Positions 9,234-19,276 are shown, counted from the stretch's first letter. The stretch: DNA of 64,000 bases from Bacteroidota bacterium (GCA_025359805.1 JANYDU010000027.1:33744-97743), one strand, 5' to 3'. A program made the numbers and translations. The notes: a model not told the origin generated them from the sequence alone.

Positions 9234-11150
9234 TTAATTTCGTCTAAAATTACTCGGTGCACTTTGCATAGCAGGAGGACTTTGCCTCGATGGTGCTTGC
9301 ATTTGTGGAGCACTTTGCTGCATTGGAACCTGATAGTTTGGTCTCATAGGAGCAGCTTGTTGATAGCTTGGTTGCGAATATGATGGTTGACGTGGTTGAG
9401 ATTGTTGCCAAGTATTATTATGGTTTTCCTGCGCATTATGATATTGCTGAGGATAATCATAACTCGGTTGCGCATTATAATTTTGGTTATAATTTGAAGG
9501 AGAGCTCTGATTTAAATTTTGTGAATTGGTGTGCGGATTGCCATTTTGAATAGGATTTGCTGTTTCTTGAGAGTTATTATAATGACGATAATCAACAGAG
9601 GAATTTTGGTCTATGCTTTGTGAATTTATTTTTAGATTCACCTGTTGTTGAGAATTATCAAATTGTTGAGGTTGAATAGCATGATGTTGTTCTTGCGATT
9701 GTGGATTATTGTATACAGGTTGAACAGCATTTGTTGGTTGGCTAATATTTTTAAAATCTTTAGATGTAGAATTATTTTCCAAAGCAGGTTGAATAGTATT
9801 TGACATGGCGGGTTGAGTTTCTTGTACAGTTTTAATACCAGGACTATTTGCAATACTGGCATTCATCGCTGGGTATTTATCTTGATTTGAATTTAAAAAC
9901 TCTTTATTATTTAATGTAGCTTGAGGGTTTGCCACATTATAACTTTCTCTATTCATTTCCATTTGTCCGTATTCTTTAAATAAAGCAGGTCTATTTGCAT
10001 TATTTTTATCCCAATCTTTAGTAATAATTGTTGAATTATGAATACGCCAATCATATACATTTTTGCACACAGGATTATATCCATATGCTCCATTGTGCAT
10101 GTTGTAATATTGATAACAATGATTTGAAAATGCTGAATAGTGATAATGATTTGAAGAATGAAACCAATACCAATTTAAAAAACGTCCTGAAGGCATTCCA
10201 TAATAAACCATTCGATTGTTGTAGCCATAATAATAGCCAAAGTCGTACCAATAAGGATATGGGCGCCAGTATGAATACGTGTACCATGATGGATAACCAA
10301 ACCACCAGTTATATGGATACGAATTATAATTTGTTGGAGCATTAGTTAAAGGAGTAGAATAACTTTGAGTAGCATAACCATTTTCTTTAGCGTAATCTTT
10401 TGTAGCTTGTTGATATTGTTGTTTGGCTAAAGTGTCTTTATCTAAAGTTTGTTGCCAATCTGCTGCATCTTGTTTACTTTTTTGTGATAATACAAGATTT
10501 AATGAATCGGCATTATGAATGACCAATGCAGGATTTTTTTTGTAAACATCACCCACTACCACCGTCATGTGCATATTGGTGGCAAGAACATCCAAAATAT
10601 CAGGCTGATTTAAAAGTGTTTTAAAAGCAGTAATAGTACTTGTTGGATAACCCAACATCAGTTGTTCAAATTCGGAATTATAGGTTTTGTTGCTTTGATT
10701 TATCTTCACAAAAAGGTCGTAATTTTTTGTCCCTTCATCTATTGCAGTTTGACGAATTTCTGAAGGATAAGATGCTAAAACCGTATTAATATCTGCACCA
10801 CTTTTTCTATTGTATTCTGTAATTTTGGTAATCAAACCAGGATAGCGAGTTAAGTTCCAAATTTTTTCTTGTTCCTCTTTTGAATAGGGAGATAAAAGTG
10901 AAGTAAAATCTGCGTTGGTTTTTTTTTGCATCGCACTTAATCGAGCAATAATTTCAGGATTCATGCACGCAATAAAAATAGTTGTACGTACCTCTTTAGG
11001 ATACATAGCCACTGCATCTATTGCTGTTTGGTCGTCTTGATTTACGCGTTGCAATAATGATTGATCATTGGTATTTGTTTGTGCTTGAATTTTTACAGTT
11101 ACTAAAATGATTAAGCAAGCTATAATAGCTGATTTTAATAGCGTTTTCAT
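9234..11150 (-). CDS. Secreted DUF3300-like protein with an aromatic-rich core and a Q/N/P/S-rich low-complexity tail
   Basis: Signal peptide (..VKIQAQ) and helical repeats with YP-x-E/S motifs (AMYPKEVR, ASYPSEIR, LGYPTSTI). These are followed by a Y/W/N-rich block and then a Gln/Pro-rich tail. Confidence 0.75.
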   Translation of the reverse strand: MKTLLKSAIIACLIILVTVKIQAQTNTNDQSLLQRVNQDDQTAIDAVAMYPKEVRTTIFIACMNPEIIARLSAMQKKTNADFTSLLSPYSKEEQEKIWNLTRYPGLITKITEYNRKSGADINTVLASYPSEIRQTAIDEGTKNYDLFVKINQSNKTYNSEFEQLMLGYPTSTITAFKTLLNQPDILDVLATNMHMTVVVGDVYKKNPALVIHNADSLNLVLSQKSKQDAADWQQTLDKDTLAKQQYQQATKDYAKENGYATQSYSTPLTNAPTNYNSYPYNWWFGYPSWYTYSYWRPYPYWYDFGYYYGYNNRMVYYGMPSGRFLNWYWFHSSNHYHYSAFSNHCYQYYNMHNGAYGYNPVCKNVYDWRIHNSTIITKDWDKNNANRPALFKEYGQMEMNRESYNVANPQATLNNKEFLNSNQDKYPAMNASIANSPGIKTVQETQPAMSNTIQPALENNSTSKDFKNISQPTNAVQPVYNNPQSQEQHHAIQPQQFDNSQQQVNLKINSQSIDQNSSVDYRHYNNSQETANPIQNGNPHTNSQNLNQSSPSNYNQNYNAQPSYDYPQQYHNAQENHNNTWQQSQPRQPSYSQPSYQQAAPMRPNYQVPMQQSAPQMQAPSRQSPPAMQSAPSNFRRN

Positions 11151-11359
11151 AAATAGGTTGGTTTAATTAGCAATATCATTTGAAAAACATTTTCGTTTTT
11201 AATTGTAGGTAAACTTACTTCCAAATGTTATACCGTTTTACACCATACTTAAAACTTAATCAACTGTTAATACCATTTTAATTTTTTGCACATTTTTTAG
11301 TATAAAGATGTGAAAACCTTTCTTGCAATACTCATTCCTTCTTTGCAAATTCGCTCACG

Positions 11360-12415
11360 ATGGTGAAACGTTCATCTAAAAGTAATTTTAAAAAATATTT
11401 ATACATTACGCTCTTTATTTTGGGTGTGCTTTTGTTATCTGCTGGCATTAAAATTTATGAAGATGTATTAAGCCCGAATGTGAATGTTGAAAATGGTGAA
11501 ACAGCGTATTTGTATGTTCACACCAATCAAAATTTTGAAAATCTTGCAGGAGAAATTGAGGGCAAAAAAATTTTAAGAAATACATTTGCACTCCGAAGAT
11601 TAGTTTTTTTATTGGGTTATCAAAATCGTATAAAACCTGGTAGATACAAGCTAACTCATGATATGGGCAATATGCAAATTATTCGTTTATTGGTGTCGGG
11701 TAGGCAAGAGCCATTTGATATTACTTTTAAATATGCCGAACGTAAAAATGACCTTGCTTCATTTTGGGCAAAAAATTTAGAAGCAGATAGTTTAAAAATT
11801 TTAGAGCGATTAAACGACTCCTGTTTTGCATCACAATTTGGACTAAATACTGAAAATATTCTTACTTTATTTATTCCAAACACAATCAACTTTTATTGGA
11901 ATACAAGTGCCGATAAATTATTAAACAAAATAGGAGTATCCTATCAAAATTTTTGGGACTCAACACGTGTTAAAAAAGCCGAGCTATTAAAATTATCAAA
12001 AGCACAAGTGAGTATTTTGGCGAGCATTGTTCAAAAAGAAACAAATAAAATTGATGATATGCCAATTGTGGCTGGTGTGTATTACAACCGATTTAAAAAA
12101 GGCATGTTATTTCAAGCCGATCCAACTATTATTTATGCCATGAATGATAGAACAATTAAACGGGTAGGTGGAGAAATGTTGAATATAAAATCGCCTTATA
12201 ACACCTATAAAAACAAAGGTTTACCACCAGGTCCAATTTGTGTTCCATCGGTTCAGGCTATTGATGCAGTGCTTAATTTAACTCATCATAAGTATATTTA
12301 TTTTTGTGCCAAGGATGATTTATCAGGCTATCATTGTTTTGCCGAAACTTTTTCTCAACATCAAGTAAATGCACGTAATTATCAGCGTATGTTGAATAGG
12401 AGAGGAATTCATTAG
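11360..12415 (+). CDS. mltG: Endolytic murein transglycosylase MltG (YceG family)
   Basis: N-terminal TM anchor with SILASIVQKE, QADPTIIYA and YNTYKNKGLPPGPICVPS motifs. Confidence 0.92.
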   Translation: MVKRSSKSNFKKYLYITLFILGVLLLSAGIKIYEDVLSPNVNVENGETAYLYVHTNQNFENLAGEIEGKKILRNTFALRRLVFLLGYQNRIKPGRYKLTHDMGNMQIIRLLVSGRQEPFDITFKYAERKNDLASFWAKNLEADSLKILERLNDSCFASQFGLNTENILTLFIPNTINFYWNTSADKLLNKIGVSYQNFWDSTRVKKAELLKLSKAQVSILASIVQKETNKIDDMPIVAGVYYNRFKKGMLFQADPTIIYAMNDRTIKRVGGEMLNIKSPYNTYKNKGLPPGPICVPSVQAIDAVLNLTHHKYIYFCAKDDLSGYHCFAETFSQHQVNARNYQRMLNRRGIH

Positions 12416-12480
12416 GTAGTTTTTTAGTTCTTAGTTTTTATAATTCATAACCCATAACTTATCATTCATAATTTACAGCA

Positions 12481-13719
12481 TTGACCTCTTCTACACAAAA
12501 ATATCATCTCCTTCAAAACAAAGAATTTAAGTACTTTTTATCTACTCGTTTTTTCTTAACTATTGGATTACAAATTCAAGCAGTAATTATTGGTTGGGAA
12601 GTTTTTAAACTTACAAAAGATCCATTATCATTAGGTTTGATAGGATTAGCAGAAGCCATTCCTGCTATATCTGTTGCGTTATATGCGGGGCATATTGCAG
12701 ATGTGAGCAGTAAACGAAAAATAATTTCGTGGAGTATTTCATCCATGTTGCTTTGTTCATTTGGTTTGTTGGCTTTTACTTCTGCATATTCTCAAACACA
12801 TTTTTCTCAATCAACTATTGTTTATGCTATTTATGGTTTCATATTTTTAAGTGGCATTGCACGAGGTTTTAATGCACCAACAGGCTTTGCCTTTTTATCA
12901 CAAATTGTAGAAAAAGAAACGCTCACTACGGCTTCAACATGGAATAGTTCAAGCTGGCAAATAGCTGCTATTATTGGTCCTGCACTTGGTGGAGTTTTAT
13001 ATGCTGCATTTGGAATCACCATAGCTTTTTTATTTGTTGTTGTTTTAGTTTCATTGGCATTAACAGCAGTTATGCTCATCAAGCCCAAACCTGTTTTTGC
13101 TAAAATGGGTGATGAAAATATTACTCAACGTTTGTTGGAAGGTGTTCGTTTTGTGTTTAATAATAAGGTGATGTTAAGTGCAATTTCTTTGGATTTATTT
13201 TCGGTTTTATTTGGAGGTGCTGTGGCATTACTTCCAGTTTTTGCGGATGAAATATTACAAGTAGGAGCGGAGGGCTTAGGATTACTAAGAGCTGCTCCAT
13301 CATTAGGTGCAAGTATAACCATGATTTGGATTTCGATGCGTAAACCTGTTTCAAAACCAGGAGTTTTATTATTGTATTGTGTGGGCGGATTTGGTTTATG
13401 TATGATTGGATTTGGATTATCAACCAATATTTATCTTTCCCTTTTTATATTATTTTTAAGTGGTGCTTTTGATAGTGTAAGTGTGGTGATAAGGGGAAAT
13501 ATTTTACAATTGCAAACACCCGATCATATGCGTGGAAGAGTATCTGCTGTAAACACTATTTTTATTGGTTCATCAAATGAAATTGGCGCATTTGAATCGG
13601 GAGTGGCAGCTCGTTTATTAGGAGCCGTTCCATCTGTTGTTTTTGGTGGAGGGATGACTTTATTGATTGTAGGTTATACAAGTATTAAAGCAAAAGCACT
13701 GAAGGTGTTTAAGTATTAA
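12481..13719 (+). CDS. MFS transporter
   Basis: 412 aa, multi-pass hydrophobic profile typical of a 12-TM MFS protein. TTG start. Confidence 0.85.
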   Translation: MTSSTQKYHLLQNKEFKYFLSTRFFLTIGLQIQAVIIGWEVFKLTKDPLSLGLIGLAEAIPAISVALYAGHIADVSSKRKIISWSISSMLLCSFGLLAFTSAYSQTHFSQSTIVYAIYGFIFLSGIARGFNAPTGFAFLSQIVEKETLTTASTWNSSSWQIAAIIGPALGGVLYAAFGITIAFLFVVVLVSLALTAVMLIKPKPVFAKMGDENITQRLLEGVRFVFNNKVMLSAISLDLFSVLFGGAVALLPVFADEILQVGAEGLGLLRAAPSLGASITMIWISMRKPVSKPGVLLLYCVGGFGLCMIGFGLSTNIYLSLFILFLSGAFDSVSVVIRGNILQLQTPDHMRGRVSAVNTIFIGSSNEIGAFESGVAARLLGAVPSVVFGGGMTLLIVGYTSIKAKALKVFKY

Positions 13720-14589
13720 TCAATCCATTTTAAAGTCTTTCAAAATTCCATCTTGTTTTTCCCATTTCCCTTTTTTAAAAATCAAAAAATCATAAGAGCC
13801 ATCGGGTAAATAAGTTTCGGGATGCCCATAATCTTGCATACGTGGTGGAGAAACATTTTCATACACCAATATCTTTTTTTTCTCCTCATATCGTAACAAT
13901 ACGGTTGCCGAATTATTAAATTCAAAGATCAATCGTTTAAATATTTTTTTACGTTTAATATCAAAAATAGAGGCTCCAAAAAGTGGTTTATTTTGTTCGA
14001 AGTAAAGCACATCAACAATTTTTTTATTACTCATTATTGTGTTTCCATTCCACCCTAGAAGGGTATAATATTTTTTTTTCTTATCGGTATTTAGAATAAT
14101 TTTATAATACGTGGCGCCATACCAAAAGTTACTACCAACTGTGGTGTCTAAAGGATTTTTTATTTTTTCAGAACGATCAATTAAAGGATAAAAAGTGCGC
14201 AGGTTTGAAGTGTCTTTTATATTTTTTAGTGCTTCTGGATTCATTTGTATCACACCATAATAATGAAATTTTTCATCCTTGGTTACTAAGTTCCAAGTAA
14301 TAATTCTAAATGCATTATCGGGAGCGTAAATAATGGCTGCTGATTTTAAGGAATCGAATTTATAGTAATATGAGTTTCGTGTTTTAAGTGTTCTGCTCAT
14401 CGTTCTTAAAAAATAATAAGCACTGGTAAATCTATCCTCTTCTTTGCTTGCATTAATCATTTCTTGTCCTAATCCACTAAGTTTTAATTCTGCATCATGC
14501 AAAGTATCCAATGCCAACGAATCAATTTGTTGTGCTTGAATTTTTACTAAAGTAGTTAGCAATGTAAAAAGGAATATTATTTTTTTCAT
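13720..14589 (-). CDS. Secreted hypothetical protein
   Basis: 289-aa ORF with a signal peptide (..LVKIQAQ). I recognise no domain. Confidence 0.7.
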   Translation of the reverse strand: MKKIIFLFTLLTTLVKIQAQQIDSLALDTLHDAELKLSGLGQEMINASKEEDRFTSAYYFLRTMSRTLKTRNSYYYKFDSLKSAAIIYAPDNAFRIITWNLVTKDEKFHYYGVIQMNPEALKNIKDTSNLRTFYPLIDRSEKIKNPLDTTVGSNFWYGATYYKIILNTDKKKKYYTLLGWNGNTIMSNKKIVDVLYFEQNKPLFGASIFDIKRKKIFKRLIFEFNNSATVLLRYEEKKKILVYENVSPPRMQDYGHPETYLPDGSYDFLIFKKGKWEKQDGILKDFKMD

Positions 14590-14620
14590 GATGATTATTT
14601 AACGAATTTGTTATCTCAAT

Positions 14621-14662
14621 AAAACAAAAAACCGACCAAACAAAAATAGTCTGATCGGTTTT
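14621..14662 (-). terminator. Rho-independent terminator downstream of the thiolase gene
   Basis: On the minus strand: AACCGAUCAGA / UUUGGUCGGUU stem (11 bp, 2 G.U), 9-nt loop, then a U-run. Confidence 0.7.
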
Positions 14663-14704
14663 AAAAGGATATAAATTAATTACACAGTTGTGTATAATTT
14701 TAGG

Positions 14705-15883
14705 CTATACTTTTTTAATTACTATTGATGAAGCACCTCCGCCACCATTACAAATTGCAGTAACTCCAATGTTTCCACCTTCGTTATGCAAAACGGATGT
14801 AAGGGTTTCAACAATACGGCAACCGCTACTTCCAAGTGCATGTCCAAGTGCAATTGCTCCACCATACACGTTTACTTTTTTAGGGTCAACGCCTAATAAT
14901 TTTGTGTTTACAATTCCAACTACTGCAAAGGCTTCATTAAACTCAAAAAAGTCGACATCTTTGATATCAATTCCAGCCATTTTTAATGCTTTAGGAACAA
15001 CAATTGCTGGAGCTGTAGTAAACCATTCTGGTGCTTGAGCAGCATCTGCAAATCCAATAATTTGTGCCAATGGTTTTAGTCCTAACTCTTTCACTTTTTC
15101 TCCACTCATCAATACAATTGCTGATGCTCCATCACTCAATGGTGATGCGTTTGCAGCGGTTATCGAACCTTCTTTATCAAATACTGGTTTTAGCGTTTTT
15201 AACTTGTCTAAATTTACTTTTGTGTATTGCTCATCCTTATCCATCACAATGGAATCTTTTCCTCGTTGTGGAATTTCGATAGGAATAATTTCGTTGCTAA
15301 ATTTATTATTCTCAAAAGCAGTTTTAGCTCGACTGTATGATTCAATAGCAAAATCATCTTGCTCTTCACGAGAAATATTTTTTTCGCGCGCACACAATTC
15401 TCCAGCATTTCCCATGTGAAAATCATTGTACACATCCCACAAACCATCTTTTACTAAACCATCAATTATTTGACCGTGCCCCAAACGATAACCATTGCGA
15501 GCCTTATCTAAATAATAAGGAATATTGCTCATGCTTTCCATTCCGCCTGCCACAACTACATCGTTTGTGCCCAACAAAATACTTTGTGCGCCCAACATAA
15601 TTGCTTTTGAACCTGATGCGCATACTTTATTAATAGTTGTTGATGGAACAGTATTTGGTATACCTGCTGCAATCATAGCTTGTGTTGCAGGAGCTTGGCC
15701 GAGGTTTGCCGACATTACATTTCCCATAAAAACTTCATTCACTATTTCAGGATTTATGTTAGCCTTTTGTAATGCACCTTTAATGGCGTGCGCTCCAAGT
15801 TGTGTTGCTGTAAATCCTGCTAATGCTCCACCAAATGATCCAACGGGTGTACGAGCTACAGAAACAATAAAAACTTCTTTCAT
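14705..15883 (-). CDS. Acetyl-CoA C-acetyltransferase (thiolase II)
   Basis: Active-site Cys in NKVCASGSKAI, plus the C-terminal GHALGSSGCR and CNGGGGASS motifs. Confidence 0.96.
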   Translation of the reverse strand: MKEVFIVSVARTPVGSFGGALAGFTATQLGAHAIKGALQKANINPEIVNEVFMGNVMSANLGQAPATQAMIAAGIPNTVPSTTINKVCASGSKAIMLGAQSILLGTNDVVVAGGMESMSNIPYYLDKARNGYRLGHGQIIDGLVKDGLWDVYNDFHMGNAGELCAREKNISREEQDDFAIESYSRAKTAFENNKFSNEIIPIEIPQRGKDSIVMDKDEQYTKVNLDKLKTLKPVFDKEGSITAANASPLSDGASAIVLMSGEKVKELGLKPLAQIIGFADAAQAPEWFTTAPAIVVPKALKMAGIDIKDVDFFEFNEAFAVVGIVNTKLLGVDPKKVNVYGGAIALGHALGSSGCRIVETLTSVLHNEGGNIGVTAICNGGGGASSIVIKKV

Positions 15884-16091
15884 TAGTTGTATATTTTTTT
15901 TAAAATGACGGGCAAATGTAATGATTTACGTATATGCTTGTATAAAATTTTACAAACCATATTTTTGCTCGATACCTCCTACAATTGGGAAGCATATTTT
16001 ATAAACATTTTGTATAGTTTAAAAGTTTCAAATGAATGTAGTTTTATGAAGTACTATTTTAATTTAACCTTAATGTTTAGCGTAAAATAAT

Positions 16092-17537
16092 ATGCTTTTT
16101 AACTCTATTAGTTTTGCGTTTTTTTTACCAATCGTATTTATTTTGTATTGGTTTTTTACTAATGGAAATTTAACGGCACAAAATATTTTATTGCTCCTTG
16201 CAAGCTATTTTTTTTACGGTTTTTGGGATTATCGGTTTTTGTTTGTTTTGCTATTCTCCACATTGTTGGATTTTATTGTTGGAATAAAAATGGGTGAAGC
16301 AAAAAATCTAACTACCAAAAAATATTGGTTTTGGTTGAGCATCATTATTAATTTAGGTATTTTATGTTTCTTTAAGTACTGTAATTTTTTTATAGATTCA
16401 TTTGCACAAGTACTTTCATCAATAGGATTTCACCCAAATATTTGGTCATTAAAACTAATACTACCTGTAGGCATTTCATTTTATACTTTTCATGGTTTAT
16501 CATATGTTATTGATGTGTATAAAGGTAATGCAAAACCGACAAAAGATATTGTTGGGTATGCCGTTTTTGTGAGTTTTTTTCCTTTGCTTGTTGCTGGTCC
16601 AATTGAAAGAGCAGGGCACTTATTACCTCAAATTCAAAGCAAAAGATATTTTAATTATGACAATGCGGTTAATGGGTTAAAACAAATTTTATGGGGGCTG
16701 TTTAAAAAATTAGTAATTGCTGATACCTGTGCCGAATATTCAAATACTATTTTTAATCATCAATCATCTTATTCAGGAAGTACATTAGTAATTGGGGCGT
16801 TGTTTTTTGCTTTCCAAATTTATTGCGATTTTTCTGGGTACTCAGATATTGCAATTGGAACGGCAAGACTTTTTGGAATTGATTTACTTCGCAATTTTGC
16901 CTTTCCATATTTTTCGAGAGACATTGCTGAATTTTGGAGACGTTGGCACATCTCACTTTCATCTTGGTTTAAGGATTATTTGTATATCCCTTTAGGTGGC
17001 AGTAACGGCAGTATATTTACAAAGATTAGAAACGTGTTTATTATTTTTTTAGTAAGCGGATTTTGGCATGGAGCAAATTGGACATTTATTATTTGGGGAG
17101 CAATAAATGCGTGTTATTTTCTTCCATTGCTTCTATTGAATAAAAACAGAGCGCATATAAAAATTGTGGCATCAGGGAAATATTTACCTTCTTTTAAAGA
17201 TGCTTTCAACATGCTATGTACTTTTTTACTTACGGTTTTTGCATGGATTTTTTTTAGATCAGAAAGTATACAAAGTGCTATTTCTTTTATATCAACTATA
17301 TTTTCATCAACACTCTTTCAATTGCCCGAAGTATCTAAAAAAGTGATTACGTTAATTGGTTTGATAATATTTTTTATTTGTATAGAATGGCTTGGCAGAG
17401 AAAGAGAGTTTGCCATTTCTCATATTGGGCTGAGGTGGCCTGTATTGTTAAGATGGACGTTTATGTCGTTCATTATTTTTTTAATAGGAATGTATATGCA
17501 AACTACAGAAACACCTTTTATTTATTTTCAATTTTAA
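16092..17537 (+). CDS. MBOAT-family membrane O-acyltransferase (AlgI/DltB-like)
   Basis: Multi-pass membrane protein with FWRRWHISLSSWFKDYLYIPLGG and the conserved His in SGFWHGANW. Confidence 0.93.
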   Translation: MLFNSISFAFFLPIVFILYWFFTNGNLTAQNILLLLASYFFYGFWDYRFLFVLLFSTLLDFIVGIKMGEAKNLTTKKYWFWLSIIINLGILCFFKYCNFFIDSFAQVLSSIGFHPNIWSLKLILPVGISFYTFHGLSYVIDVYKGNAKPTKDIVGYAVFVSFFPLLVAGPIERAGHLLPQIQSKRYFNYDNAVNGLKQILWGLFKKLVIADTCAEYSNTIFNHQSSYSGSTLVIGALFFAFQIYCDFSGYSDIAIGTARLFGIDLLRNFAFPYFSRDIAEFWRRWHISLSSWFKDYLYIPLGGSNGSIFTKIRNVFIIFLVSGFWHGANWTFIIWGAINACYFLPLLLLNKNRAHIKIVASGKYLPSFKDAFNMLCTFLLTVFAWIFFRSESIQSAISFISTIFSSTLFQLPEVSKKVITLIGLIIFFICIEWLGREREFAISHIGLRWPVLLRWTFMSFIIFLIGMYMQTTETPFIYFQF

Positions 17538-17547
17538 TGAGGCTTGA

Positions 17548-18468
17548 GTGAATAAATTTATAAAAGACGGTTTCTTATTTCTACTTTTTTCTTTGCTATT
17601 TTACTTAGCAAGCATAATTATATTTGGACTTTTATTTCCATCAGGGGTGAGTAAAAACATGAATTATCCTTTGGGTGGAAATGGTTATATGAATAGCCGT
17701 ATAAAAGATATTCACTTAAACCAAAATTGTGATGTACTTATTTTAGGCTCATCACATGCTTATAGAAGTTTTGATCCCAGAATTTTTGGTAGGCATCATA
17801 TTAAGTGTTTTAATTTAGGTTCCAGTTCTCAAACACCTATTGAAACAGAATTATTAGTGAATAAATATATTGATTTACTAAACCCTAAAACAGTTATTTA
17901 CGAAGTGTATCCGGTTACTTTCACAGAAGATGGTGTGGAGTCGGCTTTGGATTTATTGGCAAATGATGCTTTAGATGTTAATACCTTAAAAATGGTTTTT
18001 AAACTCAACCAAATTAAAGTGTACAATACTTTTTTATATGCGTATTTCAGGCAAGTTTTCGCATTAAATAATTCATTTATTGAGCAAGTTAAAAAAGGTA
18101 ATGATACTTATATTAACAATGGTTTTGTAGAAACAAAAAAAAGCTATTACCGTCAAAGTAATCCTCCTAAAATGAGTAAACTTATTTTCAACCAAAATCA
18201 ATTAATGGCATTTGAAAATACAGTAGTTAAAATGCAAAAAAAAGGAATTAAAGTAATTTTGGTGCAAGCTCCAATTACCTATCAATTGTATCATTCATTT
18301 TTAAATAGAAATGAAATTGATAATTATTTCCATTCTAAAAATGCTGATTATTACAACTATAATAGTTTAAACTTATCTGACGAATATTTTTATGATGCAG
18401 ATCATCTTAATCAAAAAGGTGTGGAGGTATTTAATACAAAATTGATTGAACATTTAAAACTTAAATAA
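17548..18468 (+). CDS. Membrane-anchored accessory protein of the MBOAT enzyme (possible SGNH/DltD/AlgJ-like). Function uncertain.
   Basis: GTG start 11 nt after the MBOAT stop and an N-terminal TM helix. ILGSSHAYRSFDP and DADHLNQKG are reminiscent of SGNH-type partners. Confidence 0.6.
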   Translation: MNKFIKDGFLFLLFSLLFYLASIIIFGLLFPSGVSKNMNYPLGGNGYMNSRIKDIHLNQNCDVLILGSSHAYRSFDPRIFGRHHIKCFNLGSSSQTPIETELLVNKYIDLLNPKTVIYEVYPVTFTEDGVESALDLLANDALDVNTLKMVFKLNQIKVYNTFLYAYFRQVFALNNSFIEQVKKGNDTYINNGFVETKKSYYRQSNPPKMSKLIFNQNQLMAFENTVVKMQKKGIKVILVQAPITYQLYHSFLNRNEIDNYFHSKNADYYNYNSLNLSDEYFYDADHLNQKGVEVFNTKLIEHLKLK

Positions 18469-18469
18469 G

Positions 18470-19225
18470 ATGATGGAACGCGCTTTTTTGTATGGTGATT
18501 TATTGTTTGAAACAATACGTGTTTATGATGAGAAAATATGTTTTATAGATAAACATTACCAACGTTTAAAAAGAAGCGCTGAGCTACTTCAATTTGATTT
18601 GAAAGCATTTTCACAACAAATTTTTGAACAAGAAATTCAATCATCTTTAGGTGGTATAAAAAATGCCAGAGTACGATTTGTGATGTATAGAAATTCGAAA
18701 GGATACTATACTCCTAATACCAATGATGTGAAATGGGAGGTCGAAATTTTACCTCTTGATGTGAACGAAAAAGTGTGCAAAAATCTTGGTGTTTTTAATG
18801 AGTATAAAAAACCATGTAATCAACTTTCTAACATCAAATCGGGAAATGCCTTGGTTTATGTGATGGCAGGTTTGTATGCAAAAAATAACAAATTTGATGA
18901 TTGTATCATTTTAAATGAACACGGAAGAATTGCCGAAGTTATTAGTTCAAATTTATTTTTAGTGAAAGGGAACAAGCTGATAACACCACCGTTAACTGAA
19001 GGTTGCGTGGATGGTGTGATGAGGAAAGTGTTAATTGAAAGTGCAACTGAAAAAGGAATTTATGTTGAGGAGCTTCCATTAACGACCAACGAATTATTGC
19101 AAGCCCACGAAGTTTTTTTAACCAATTCGATTCATGGAATTATTCCTGTTAAATCATTTAATTTAATAGATTATGCTACTTCATTTTCTTCAACATTAAA
19201 AACATTTATTACTACAAATAGCTAA
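18470..19225 (+). CDS. Class IV aminotransferase-fold protein (aminodeoxychorismate lyase / D-amino-acid aminotransferase-like)
   Basis: ERAFLYGDLLFETIRV, Lys in SNIKSGNAL, EVISSNLFLVKGNKLITPP and LTNSIHGIIPV. Starts 1 nt after the previous stop. Confidence 0.85.
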   Translation: MMERAFLYGDLLFETIRVYDEKICFIDKHYQRLKRSAELLQFDLKAFSQQIFEQEIQSSLGGIKNARVRFVMYRNSKGYYTPNTNDVKWEVEILPLDVNEKVCKNLGVFNEYKKPCNQLSNIKSGNALVYVMAGLYAKNNKFDDCIILNEHGRIAEVISSNLFLVKGNKLITPPLTEGCVDGVMRKVLIESATEKGIYVEELPLTTNELLQAHEVFLTNSIHGIIPVKSFNLIDYATSFSSTLKTFITTNS

Positions 19226-19276
19226 TCAAATCTCTTTTCGTTTTCTTGTTTATATTTGGCATCTTTAAATTTAATT

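Noticed and set aside
9368-10345. ORFs 9368-9553 (+), 9638-9862 (-), 10028-10345 (+) and 10075-10305 (-) inside the Q/N-rich gene
   Set aside because: They are artefacts of the low-complexity repeat DNA of the 638-aa gene, which has a signal peptide and a coherent N-terminal domain. None has start context or motifs of its own.
13717-13722. Zero-nucleotide spacing between the convergent MFS transporter stop (13719) and the stop of the hypothetical gene (13720)
   Set aside because: It is real in the sequence, but it is just tight convergent packing without a hairpin. It is not evidence of anything beyond the absence of an intrinsic terminator.
14688-15908. ORFs 14688-15038 (+), 15064-15282 (+), 15204-15419 (+) and 15525-15908 (+) overlapping the thiolase gene
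   Set aside because: They lie antisense to a thiolase with clear active-site motifs. Their translations are low-complexity (P/A/S/I-rich), as expected for shadow frames of a relatively GC-rich gene.
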